Assembly (NCBI RefSeq): GCF_004010195.1
Contig: NC_057755.1
Location: 2,873,498-2,937,497 of the forward strand
Length of the DNA stretch: 64,000 bases
DNA from: Chiloscyllium plagiosum
Lineage: Eukaryota
Direction of reading: 5' to 3'
Of the stretch, positions 52,562-64,000 are shown piece by piece. A program made the translations under genes and the position numbers. The notes under the pieces were generated by a model. It worked only from the letters and a program-made list of their open reading frames with translations, made no database searches and was not told where the DNA came from. Every line of letters begins with the position of its first letter. Positions within the stretch are counted from its first letter, which is position 1.

Positions 52562-53007
52562 ACTATTGCCAGGTATGGAGAAAAGGTCTTATGAGGAAAG
52601 GCTGAGGTACTTGAGGCAGGTTTTGTTAGACAGACGATGGTTGAGAGGTGACTTCATAGAGACGTGCAAGATGATCAGAAGATTAGTTAGGATGGACAGT
52701 GACAGCCTTTTTCCTTAGATGGTGATGGGTAGGATGAGGGAACATAGCTTTAAGTTGAAGTGTGATAGACACAGTACAGGTATCAGAGATAGTTTCTTTA
52801 CTCAGAGAGTAATAAGAGCGTGGGACACACTGACTGCAACTGTAGTAGACTCGCCAAAATTAAGAGCATTTAAATGGTCAGTGGATAAACATATGGATGA
52901 TAACTAAATAGTGTAGATTTGGATGGGCTTCAGACTGGTTTCACAGATCAGCACAACATCAAGGGTTGAAAGGCCTGTACTATGCTTTAATGTTCAATGT
53001 TTTATGT
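52562..53007 (+). mobile_element. CR1 LINE 3' end
   Basis: FFTQRVIRAW..L..; tail ...aaggcctgtactatgctttaatgttcaatg. Confidence 0.82.
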
Positions 53008-53890
53008 CTGTGAGATTTCCTCCATTTGTAATTCATAGATTTTATGCTCTGTTATTTCGCTTGCAGTTAATTTACTCGCAATTGTGATCGTGTTCCAAGG
53101 AAACTGCGGCATCCCAACCTGCACCAGTCGCTATCTTGTGGCCATGGCGACTGCAGATCTATTCGTTATAATCATTGAAGTCATACTATGGCAGATTAAA
53201 TATTATTATTTCCCATTGTCTTTCATGCTGACAATATTTTGATTCTTTCAGCCACAAACCGCTCGGTCTGGTTCACAGTCATATTCTTCTTTGATTGATT
53301 TGTTGCCATCTGTTTTCAGAACCTGAAAACGAAATATTGCACTCAGAAAAATGCAGCTCTTGTCCTCTCAATAACCTGTATTCTGCTCTGTTTTACAAAT
53401 ATCCCCTTCTGCTTTATATATGACCCGATAGGTCATTGCCAAACTTTCATGGTTCTGCTATTAAAAGGAAAATTATTTTACTGAGCCTGGATGGATTGGG
53501 TTTTACTGTTTTGATTTTAACGCCATTACTTCCGTATGGTTTAATTCTGTTACTCAATGCTCTGAGAGTGAGACACATTTTAGTGACCAGTCAGATCTGT
53601 CAGGGACTGAAGAGTCAGTGAAAAAGTGAGAATTCAAGTGACCCAGAGGTGGAGAGCAGAAGAAAGTCTGTGATTTTACTTTTGACCATATCTGGCACCT
53701 TCATAATTCTGTGGTCAATTCATGTTACAGAATTCTTTTATTATAATATTTGAGGAATGTATCTGAGAAATTACAATAGTTCAGAACTTATATTTGCAAT
53801 GGCTGGCGTTTCACTGGAAAATTTAAATTGCTGCACAAGCACATTTGTTTATGGGGTGTAGGTTTGCTGGCTGAACTGTAGGTTTGATAC

Positions 53891-53930
53891 CCAGACGTTT
53901 CATTACCTGGCTAGGTAACATCATCAGTGG
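53891..53930 (-). ncRNA. Minimal hammerhead ribozyme motif (family C)
   Basis: cca-CTGATGA-t-gttacct/agcc/aggtaat-GAA-ACGT-C-tgg. Confidence 0.75.
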
Positions 53931-55075
53931 CGACCTCCAAGTGAAGCGAAGCTGGTGTCTCCTGCTTTTTATTTATATCTTTCTCCTGGATGGGGTTCCT
54001 GGGGTTTTGTGGCGATGTCATTTCCGGTTCGTTTTCTGAGGGGTTGATAGATGGCATCTAGATCTATATGTTTGGTTATGGCGCTGTGGTTGGAGTGCCA
54101 GGCCTCTAGGAATCCTCTGGCTTGTCTTTGCTTAGCCTGACCCAGGATACATGTGTTGTCCCAGTCGAAATGGTGGTTGTTTTCATCCGTGTGTAGGGCT
54201 ACGAAGGAGAGAGAGTCGTGTGTGGTGGCTCGTTGGAATAGTGTTCTGACACAGCTTTGTTCGCGTGTGTTGGGATGGTTGCTGGTGTAGTTAAGTATTT
54301 GGCCACTGTTTGTCGGTTTTCTGTATACGCAGGTTTGTAGTTCTTCGTTGTCCTTTCTATCGACTGTGATGTCGAACGAGCCACCACACACTGCAGCACA
54401 GATGTACTTCGGAAAACAGAGGAGAACCATCTATACAACGTATTCAAGAAGAACGGATACCCAAAAAATACAGTGCACAGATTCCTCAAGAACAAACCAC
54501 GACAAGCAGACCAAACACAGCCAGAAACCCTAACCACCTTACCATACATCAAAGAAGTTTCAGAAATGACAGCCAGACTACTAAGACCCCTCGGAATCCT
54601 ACTAGCACACAAACCTACCAACACTCTCAAACAAAATCTAACAAACTTAAAAGACCCAGTACAACCCATGGACAAAACCAACGTCATCTACAAAATTCCA
54701 TGCAAGGACTGCCACAATCACTGCGTAGGATAAACAGGAAGAAAGTTAGCCACCAGGATACATGAACACCAGCTAGCCACAAAAAGACACGACTCTCTCT
54801 CCCTCGTAGCCCTACACACAGTTGCAAAAAAACACCGTTTCGACTGGGACAACACATCTATTGGGTCAGGCTAAGTAAAGACAAGCCAGATAATTCCTAA
54901 AAGCCTGGCACTCCAACCACAACGCCATAAACAAACACAAAGATCTAGATGACATCTATCAACGCCTCAGAAAACGAACAGGAAATGACATCACCACAAA
55001 ACCCCAGGAACGCCATCCAGGAGAAAGATATAAATAGAAAGCAGGAGACAACAGCTTCGCTTCACTTGGAGGTCG

Positions 55076-55115
55076 CCACTGATGATGTTACCTAGTCAAG
55101 TAATGAAACGTCTGG
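55076..55115 (+). ncRNA. Minimal hammerhead ribozyme motif (family C)
   Basis: cca-CTGATGA-t-gttac/ctagtcaa/gtaat-GAA-ACGT-C-tgg. Confidence 0.75.
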
Positions 55116-56289
55116 ATATCGAACCTACAGCTCAGCGAGCAAACCGACACCCTAAACCTCAACCTGAGTACAAACCTTCACAAACCATGCACATTTGTTT
55201 ATATGGCAATTCAACTGAAGTTCAGAGAGCAACTCAGGGAGATGATGAAACATCCTCTCACATTAATTATTCAATTAGTACTTAAACAAAAGATCTGACA
55301 GTAGTCTCGAGGCATGTCCCTTAGTTTTATATGTATGAATGTTAAACTGATCGCCAAAATAAAACATAACACAGTATGCTGGTTGTGGAGTAGCCCGCAT
55401 TCAGGCTCTTGTACCCGGACCTCATCCACACTGTCTTCTTTTCTTTGTTTTTCCTTTTCTCCTTCTTTTCTTGCCTTGTACTTATCTTTTCGGATGAGCT
55501 TGGTCATGGTGCCAACAGTAACAAGTTGTAGGCGAAAGCCAGTGAGCATGGAGGAGGCACCTGGCAAAGTGGCGAGCATGGGACCAGGCTGTTACATCAG
55601 TGGAGGCGCCATCGGCGAGATAGGCCCAGCAGTGAAAGATGTCACTTGAGTATTGGGAACTTCGAGGCTGGTGGCAGCAAGAAAGTTAAGGAGTCTCTTT
55701 AAGCTATACCTTAAATTGTTTAAATGATGCCAGAAAATGTGTATTATGTGTAAAATAAAAAAATGACAATCAAATCAAATCAATCATTCAAAATCCCAAT
55801 AGATACAAGACAAAGAGCTTTATGTGATCGAGTGGGATGTGTGGAAACATAGATAGTAGACATGAGCGTAGGACATTGGTTCATCAATTCTGCTTCACAA
55901 TTAACTTGATCATAGCTGATCCTCTATCCAATATACCTGTTCTCCCCCAATTCCTCATGAGGCTTTTTTTATCTCTAGAAATCTGCCCATTTATTTTATC
56001 AAAATATGCATGATTTGTCTTCCATAGACTTCTGTGGTAGAGAATTTCATGTGATCATCACCGCCCACCCCCAAAAACTGGAAAGATATGCTCCAATCTC
56101 AGTCCGAAATGGCCCATCCCATATCCTGAGATTGTACCTGCTTTTCCCCGTGCTCCCCCATTAAAGGGAAGTACTAACAAAGCATCCGGCTTGCCCATTC
56201 ATCAGAAGGTCAGACATTTCAATTAGATCATGTCTCATTCCTCCAAATTTCTGTGACAGCACCTGGAATCAATCCAGTATCATCTTTGG

Positions 56290-56700
56290 ATAATACAAGG
56301 GAGATGGGATATTCCAGGAAACTACAGACAGCCGAGTCTCACATTTGTGGTTGGATAGTCGTAGAAGAGAATTGTTAAGTGTGGATTTACACACATTTTG
56401 GAAGGCTGGTCCTAATTGAAGACGGTCAGCATGGCTTTGAGTGAGACAGGACGTTTTACTAACTTGATCGAAGTTTTCAAGGAAGTGACAATGATGACCG
56501 ACAAAAATCGAGCAGTTGGTGTTGTCTACGTGGATTTTAGTCGGACGTTTGACAACATTCCTCATGATTAGTTCATCCAGAGGAAAAAAAAATACCTGGC
56601 ATTCATGGTGGCTTAGCCGTATGGCTTCAGAATTGGTTTGCCTGAAGAAGATAAAGGGCAGTGGAGGAAGAGTGTTTTTCAGGCTGGACGCCTACTGTTT
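56290..56700 (+). mobile_element. Degraded CR1 RT fragment
   Basis: PGNYR.., QHGF, VVYVDFS..FDNIPH motifs. Confidence 0.7.
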
Positions 56701-56989
56701 GTGCTAAGGTATGTATATATTGAGAGTGTTGCAAATATTTTCGGTATAGCATCATTAATTCGGTTTGGATAGGAGACGTTATCCAGTATTCTGCTTTCTG
56801 TTCTTAGAATTTAATTCCATAATTTTATAAAGATATTTTATTTGTTTAAAACACCGCAAACAACCCTGCTAATTGACTCCGGGAATATCCACTATACACA
56901 TAGCTAAACAAATAGCAAATTTACGGTCTGGACTACCTGCTTAAAAATGTTTTGATGTGTCTGGCCTAATCCTCAACAGATTGAGGCTC

Positions 56990-59605
56990 TTTGTGTGCGT
57001 TAAACAACACGCGGTAGGTGTTTGTGTCTTTCATTTTGGTTGTTAATTTGGTTAGTTTAAACAACACTCAGATAGCAAAGGTTCTTTCAGGCAGCAAGAA
57101 GTTTCTGGAGGTGGAAATAGTGACCTTGGGTTTTTTTTTCAAAAGGCAAATACGAGCAAGCTGCAGGAATTAATAGACAAGCTGGCGTTGTATTTACCTC
57201 CTATTGTGAGGAAAGATGAGATGATTACAGCAGTGGCTCAGCACTTACTTTTGTTCGAAACACCATCCGGATCTGTCGAGATGGCAAGAACTCAGTTGCA
57301 AATGAAGCAGCTTGAGTTAGACGTGAAAGACAAGGAAAGGGCAGCAGAAATGAAACCGTTTTAGTTCCGATTAAAATCAGGAAGAAAACAAACGAAGGGT
57401 TTTAGCAGAAGTGAAAGAAAGAGAACGAAGGGCTTCAGCATGAGAGAGAAAAAGAGAGAGTGTTTGAACTTGAGAAATTGACTATTAAAATGAAGGTTTG
57501 CTTAAAAGGCTGGACTGGACTGCACATGGAGGTAGTTGAATTTTGCCAGACCTGTCATACATGTCAGGTAATTGGGAAAACACATGCAGTAATAAAATTT
57601 GCACATTCAATACCTATTCCAGCATTTGAGAAGCATTTTACAAGAGTTTAATTGATTGCGTAGGTCCCCTATCCCGATCAAGAAGTGGGAATCAGTATTC
57701 GTCAAAAATAACAGATGTTCAGCTAAATTATCAGAGGCCATTCCATTATGCAATATCACAGCTAAAAGGATTGTAGAGGAACTACTGAATTTGTTTTACT
57801 AGATATGGACTACCAATGGCGATATAGTCAGATCAAGGGTCAAATTCACACCGAAGTTATTCAAGGAAGTTATGGACAGCTTAGGCATGAAACAATTCAA
57901 ATCTACTGTGTACCACCCATAATCACAGAGAGCGCTAGAAAGATGACATCAAACATGAAAGACCATGTTGAGGGCTTACAGTCAAGACTATCCAGATGGT
58001 TAGGATAAGGGAATTCCATTTGAGCTTTATGTGATCAGAGACTCACCAAATGAATGGGCCAAATTCAATCCATTTGAATTGGTGTTTGGCCATGAAGTGA
58101 GAGGACCATTAAATTAATTTAGGAGAAATTAGGAAGTCAGAATTCAGAGATCACACATTTAGCTTATGTGTCAAATTTTAGAGAACAATTTAATCGAGAA
58201 TAGGGAGTTGGCTAGACAACACTTAAAATTATCACAGCATGCAATGAAACAGGAAAAATACATGAAATCAAAAATACACAATTTTACAATTGGGGATAAG
58301 GTATTAGTATTGCTTCCAGTAATAGGTTGGCCTTTAAAAGCAAGGTTTAGAGGACCTTATCAAGTCAAAAGGAAATTGAGTGAGGTGAACTACTTGATAC
58401 GGGGTCCAGACAGGAAGGAATCACACATAGTGTGTCATGTGAATATGCTTAAAAGATATTTTGATAAGGAAGGGAAGCAAGAGGAGAAGGTGTTTGTGAT
58501 AACAGCACAGAAGGAAGAACCAAGCTCAGACGATTCTGAACTGGACATTCCTCAAATTAAATTGGACAATTGGGAAGTTGTCAAAAATTGGGATAAATTA
58601 TTGAGTTTCATTCCTGAGAAAAATCACAATCACCTAAAAGAGTTATTTCTATCACATGGGGAGATATGCGGAAATAAACTGGGAATTACTAGCCTAATTG
58701 TGCATGATATAGTGATAGGAAATGCTGTTCAAATTAATCAAATCATTATAGGCATAACCCCCTAAATTTGGCACAGGTTCAGAAAGAGATAGAGTGCAGA
58801 ATCCAAGATTACATTATCAAAGTGAGGTGCAGTGACTGAAGCTCACTCATAGTCATGGTGCCAAAGCCATATGGTACCCAACGGTTATGTGTGGGCGATC
58901 GCAAAGTCAATCCCATTAAAAGACAGATGCATATCGAATTCTATGATTGGAGGACTGTATCGAAAAGGTAGGAGAAGCAATTTATGTTTCTAAGTTGAAC
59001 TTGCTCAGAGGCTACTGGAAAAGACTTCCGCCTTTTGTCATGCCAAATGGGCTGTAGCAGTTTAAAGTCATGTCATTTGATATAAGAAAAGCTCTGACCA
59101 CATTTCAGAGACTAACTAATAAGGTCTTTACCGGATTAACCAACTGTGTTGTGTAAATTGATGGCCTGGTGACTTTTAGTCATCTACAACGTTTATCGGA
59201 CTTGGTCAATCGACTTCGGAAGGCAGGCTTGGCGGTAAATCTAGCTAAAGTGAATTTTCCAAAACCTAAGTCACCTTCCTGAGCCATGTTATTGGATATA
59301 GACAAATGGCCCCACGTGATGCAAAAATGAAAGTAATTGGGGAATTTTACACATCGTTGACAAAAGGAACAGTACTACTGTTCTTGGGATTGAATGGATT
59401 TTACAGTAAGTTTGTGCCAAAGTTTAGCAGTGTGGCTGCTCCACTCACTGAATTGTTAACAAAGGGCAAGAGTTTCAGTGGACAGCAGACTCAAAAGGCA
59501 TTGGACAGCCTGAAACTTGTGTTAACCACTGCCCTAGTATGAGCCACACCGGATTACATGAAGCCTTTCAAGGTGGCTATTAAATGCCAGTGATGTGGAA
59601 TTCAT
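56990..59605 (+). mobile_element. Second Gmr1-like Gypsy element, internally deleted (gag start, integrase, then RT/RNase H start)
   Basis: FCQTCHTCQVIGK, LIDCVGPL, SDQG, PFELVFGHEVRGPL, VLVLLPV..PLKARFRGPY..CHVNMLK, followed by RT (IVMVPKP..RLC, LLRGYW, FLGLNGFY, PFKVA). Confidence 0.87.
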
Positions 59606-59865
59606 GGGGAGCTGATAAATTGAATTCATAATTGGCTTGATACTAGGAAGCAGAGAGTAATAGTGAAATGATGCTTGTCGAACTGGAGGTCTCTCACTAG
59701 TGGTGTACCTCAGGGGTCACTGTTGGGCCGATGGCTGTTTGTTATTTACATCAACAATTTAGATGAGAATGTAGAAGGTATGATTAGTAAGTTTGCAGAT
59801 GCCATTAATTTAGGCGGTTCCGTGGACAATGAGGAAGATTATCAAAAATTGCAGCAGATCTGCAG
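59605..59865 (+). mobile_element. CR1 RT fragment
   Basis: SGVPQGSLLG...SKFADA. Confidence 0.8.
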
Positions 59866-62800
59866 CATTTGAGTGCGAGCAGCAGCTGAGTTTAAACGAA
59901 CCCGGAAGGCGACAGCTAAAGTGAGGCAGTTTGTTTTAAAATTACTTACCGGTAGCGTGCAGCGGTGTTTTTTTTTCTCTTCACCGAAACAGCGGGAGTC
60001 GCAGGGAGAAGTGACGACGACTAGAGGGGCAGCCGGGAAGGAAAGCAGTGAGTATAAATACACACCCTTCGACGCCAACGGTCATTTTGAGTGCGAGCAG
60101 CAGCTGAGTTTAAACGAACCCTGAAGGCTACAGCTAAGGTAAGACAGTTTGTTTTAAAATTACTCACCGGTGGCGGTGTTTTTTTTCTCTTCACAGAAAG
60201 AGCGGGAGTCGCCAGGGGACAGTGACGACGACCAGAGGGGCAGTCGGAAGCTGGTGTAGCGCAAGCTTACCTGGGTAGGCGAGGAACCCGAGGCACTCCA
60301 GAGGTAGTGCCTCCCACCCGCCCTCCTCCTCTCACCTAATAATAAGACCTGTTGTGTTAAGTAGGTAAGTGCTGCATTTTGCTTGTTCTATTCTTTAGAC
60401 CGAGTTTTTTTTAAAGGTTACTTTTAGAGAGATGGCAGTGAAGGCAGTGCAATGTTCCTCTTGCAACATGTTTGAGGTGAGGGATGCCATGGCCGTCCCT
60501 GCTGATTACACTTGCAGGAAGTGCACCCATCTCCAGCTCCTCCAAGACCGTGTTAGGGAGCTGGAGTTGGATGAACTTAGGATCATTCGGGAGGCAGAGG
60601 GGGTCATACATCGGAGCTTTAGGGAAGTAGTAACTCCAAAGATTGCAGACAGATGGGTGACAGTGAGGGGGACTGGGAGGAAGCAGCCAGTGCAGGGACC
60701 CCCTGCGGCCGTTCCCCTCAAGAACAAGTATACCGTTTTGGATACTTGTGGGGGGGATGACTTACCATGGGTAAGCAATGGGGTTCAGGCCTCTGGCACG
60801 GAGCCTGTCCCCGTTGCTCAGAAAGGAAGGGTGGAGAAAAGCAGAGCAATAGTTATTGGGGACTCGATAGTTCGGGGCACAGATAGGCGGTTCTGTGGGG
60901 CCGAGAGAGACTCACGTTTGGTATGTTGCCTCCCAGGTGCAAGGGTACGTGACGTCTCTGATCGTGTTTTCCGGGTCCTTAAGGGGGAGGGGGATCAGCC
61001 CGAAGTCTTGGTCCACATTGTCACCAACGACATAGGTAGGAGGAAGGCTGAGGATGTTAGGCAGGCTTTCAGGGAGCTAGGCTAGAAGCTCAGAGTTAGA
61101 ACGAACAGAGTTGTTGTCTCTGGTTTGTTACCCGTGCCACGTGATAAAGATTCGAGGAATAGGGAAAGAGAACACTTAAATGCGTGGCTACAGGGATGGT
61201 GCAGGAGGGAGGGATTCCGGTATCTGGATAACTGGGGTTCTTTCTGGGGAAGGTGGGACCTCTATAAACAGGATGGTCTACACCTGAACCTGAGGGGCAC
61301 CAGTACCCTTGGTGGGAGGTTTGCTAGTGCTCGTGGGAGATGGGTGGGGGGGGTTTTGTTCTTGGGGGGGATTTAAACTAACTCTGCAGGGGCATGGGAA
61401 TCTAGACTGTAGCTTTAGGGTGCAGGACCTGGAGTGTAGGGAGGTTTGGAACATGGCATCAATCTCAAAGGAGGGTGCCTGTAAACAGGAAAGTGGCTTG
61501 AAGTGTGTATACTTCAATGCAAGAAGTATACGAAATAAGGTAGGTGAAATTGCAGCGTTGGTTGGCACCTGGGATTTCGATATTGTGGCTATTACAGAGA
61601 CATGGGTAGAACAGGGACAGGATTGGCTGTTGCAGGTTCCAGGGTTTAAATGTTTTAGTAGGGTCAGAGGTGGGGATAAAAGAGAGGGAGGTGTGGCATT
61701 GCGGTGGAAAGGACGATGGATGACGACTCGACATCTGAGGTAGTTTGGGCTGAGGTTAGGAATAGGAAAGGTGAGGTCACCCTACAGGCCTCCTAATAGT
61801 CCTAGAGACGTAGAAGAAAGGATTGCGAGGATGATTCAGGAGAAGAGTTAAAGTAATAGGGTGGTTGTTATGGGGGACTTTAACTTTCCAGATATTGACT
61901 GGGAGAGCTATAGCTCGAGTTCGTTAGATAGCCCGGTGTTTGTCCAATGTGTGCAGGAGGGTTTCTGACACAATATATAGACAGGCCAACAAGAGGTGAG
62001 GCCATACTGGATTTGGTTCTGGGTAACGAACCAGGCCAGGTGTTAGAATTGGAGGTAGGTGAGCACTTTGGGGACAGTGACCACAATTCGGTGACTTTTA
62101 CTCTAGTGATGGAGAGGGATAAGTGTGCACTACAGGGCAAGAGTTATAGCTGGGAGCAGGGAAATTATGATGCGGTGAGGCACGTCGTCGGATGCGTGGC
62201 TTGGAAAAGTAGGCTTCAAGGCATTTGCACAATTGATATGTGGAGCTTGTTCAAGGAGCAACTATTGAGTGTCATTGATAAGTATGTACCTGTCAGGCAG
62301 GGTGGAATGGGTCGTGTGAGGGAGCCGTGGTTTAATAAGGAATTGGAATCCCTTGTTAAATGGAAGAGGGCGGCCTATGTAAAGATGAGGCGTGAAGGTT
62401 CAACTGGGGCGATTGAGAGTAATAAGGTAGCCAGGAAGGATCTGAAGAGAGAACTAAGAGCAGCAAGGAGGGGGACATGAAAAGTCCTTAGTTGGTAGGA
62501 TTCGGGAAAACCCAAACGCTTCCTATAGGTATGTCAGGAATAAAAGAATGACGAGGGTAGGAATCGGTCCAGTCAAGGATAGTAGTGGGAAGTTGCGTGT
62601 GGAGGCTGAAGAGATTGGGGAGACACTGAATGAATACTTTTCGTCAGTATTCACTCAGGAACAGGACATTGTTGCCGATGTGAATATTGAGTCACAATTA
62701 ATTAGAATGGACGGCTTTGAGGTATGTAGGGAAGAGGTGTTGGAAATTCTGGAAAGGGTGAAAATAGATAAGTCCCCTGGGCCTGATAGCATTTATCCTA

Positions 62801-62872
62801 GGATTCTCTGGGAAGCAGGGGAGGAGATTGCAAAGCCATTGGCCTTGATTGTTATGTCCTCGTTGTCTACAG
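59866..62872 (+). mobile_element. CR1 LINE with complete 5' end: tandem-monomer 5'UTR, ORF1 (zinc finger + SGNH esterase, from 60432), ORF2 APE; truncated by ERV sequence
   Basis: CSSCNM..CRKC; IVIGDSIVRG..CCLPGARV..VHIVTNDIG..DGLHLN; YFNARSI..ITETW, SDHN, KSPGPD; premature stops. Confidence 0.92.
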
Positions 62873-64000
62873 GTGCCAAGGAGTATGGAATTCCAACGAA
62901 ATTTCTAGTCCTGCTATTACCCCTTGAAAGATCTTAGAAATAAAATGGGAACCTTGGTCTGAATCTATAGTTTCCACTATTCCATATGGTGGGATGATAT
63001 GTTCAAGGATTGTTTTCACTACTCCTTTTGAGGTAGCTGAAGACATTGGGAAAGCTTCCACTCACCCGGTTAAGTGGTCTACTATGACTAATACGTACTT
63101 TTGTTTCCCTACCAGGGGTAATTCTGTATAGTCGGCCTGTATGTTCTGAAGATGTCTTACCCTGGGATTCCTTCCAACTTTTTTGCCCTCCTCTTGTTAC
63201 CTTTTCATTAATCTTTTGGCAAATCGGGCATCCTGAGCATACCTGCTTGGCTAATGTGCATATCCCTTTCCATCCGTACTTCCTTAACACTGTGTCACAC
63301 ATAGTTTGAGACCCCCAATGACTGCCTTGGTGCAGGGTATTTAGAATGTTTCTCATGACTGGTTTACTCAACATTTCCCTCCCATCCGGGAGTATCTATC
63401 TTCCTTCACTTGTCTTAGTGGCTCCTATCTCCTGGAATTCTTTTTCCTCTTCCTTCGTATACACGAGCTTCACGGAAGGAGACTCCACTAGGGGTGTGAG
63501 AACCCGTATTTTTGTTACTGTAAGGTTCATAGCTGCCTCTTTGGATGCTTCGTCTGCGAGTCTATTTCCTCTTGCTTCTAGAGTGTTCCCTTTTGGTGCC
63601 CCGGTACATGAACTATTGCTATTTCTCGTGGTAATTCCGAACTTTTCAACACTTGTCCTATTAACTGTTCGTGTACTAATTCCTTCCCCCGGCTATTGAT
63701 TAGTCCACTTTAATGCCATATTTTTCAGAAGGTATGGAGCACCCCATCGGCATACTTAGAGTCGGTTTAAATTGTCCCATCCTGATTTTTTAGTTGTTTT
63801 AAAGCTTGGTTTAATACATACAACTCACAAGTTTGGGCCGAATATGTGCTAGGCAACCGGTCAGCCTCAACTGTTTGGTCCTTGTTACCATCTACTACTG
63901 CATATCCATTGTGTCTTTTTCCTTGTACGACTCTTGATGACCCGTCTATAAACAGTCTGCCCCCATCATGCAAGGGAATATCTTTTAGATCTGGTCTAAC
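62873..64000 (-). mobile_element. Endogenous retrovirus pol fragment (RNase H + integrase), gamma/epsilon-like, degraded; continues beyond the window
   Basis: LFIDGSS..GYAVV..SAQTCEL..ALK..TDSKYA (RNase H); HQGSHWG..CPICQK (HHCC); WVEAFP, IIPPYGI..IDSDQGSHF..HTPWH (integrase core). Confidence 0.88.

Larger units (their letters stand above)
53853..55188. mobile_element. Penelope-like insertion with inverted terminal arms and a 14-bp TSD
   Basis: gcacatttgtttat at 53839-53852 and 55189-55202; NVIYKIPCKDCHNHCVG*TGR; ~53855-54215 is the reverse complement of ~54790-55152. Confidence 0.92.
53067..55298 (+). pseudogene. GPCR pseudogene exon 2, split in TM7 by a Penelope insertion (53067-53852 and 55189-55298)
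   Basis: Acceptor ttgcag|TTAAT; NLLAIVIV..CG..TSRYLVAMATADL; SVWFT..FD*F; LTPLLP..LLNAL; DPEVESRRKSVILL; NCCTSTFVY..KFREQL; several stops. Confidence 0.92.

Noticed and set aside
47540..53066. First exon for the 53-kb GPCR pseudogene
   Set aside because: No ...GV(P/L)G|gt exon found by eye; probably deleted or displaced by insertions.
60432..61085. Host SGNH esterase gene
   Set aside because: It is CR1 ORF1, lying between the LINE 5'UTR and the APE domain, with a premature stop.

Overview
Eukaryotic, repeat-dense genomic DNA. The repeat repertoire (tRNA-derived SINEs sharing a tail with CR1 LINEs, CR1 LINEs with an esterase ORF1, Penelope-like elements, Gmr1-type Gypsy) suggests a cartilaginous fish; this is inference. 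The only host-gene content is a birth-and-death cluster of five paralogous class A GPCR loci of the GPR139/GPR142-like type. One is an intact two-exon gene (3350..3284 + 1496..595, minus strand, 322 aa) and four are pseudogenes or fragments (~10.3, 18.8-20.3, 36.1-36.7 and 53.1-55.3 kb). The rest is nested retroelements: many CR1 LINEs, an L1/Tx1-type 3' end, several Penelope-like elements whose terminal repeats carry minimal hammerhead-ribozyme motifs of three sequence families, two integrase-before-RT Gypsy elements, an endogenous retrovirus pol fragment, and a divergent retroviral protease plus possible env relic. There are also several tandem repeats, including a 73-bp satellite built from a LINE 3' tail, and three assembly gaps. 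All calls were made by eye from motifs; no database search was run, and element boundaries are approximate unless a junction is quoted.
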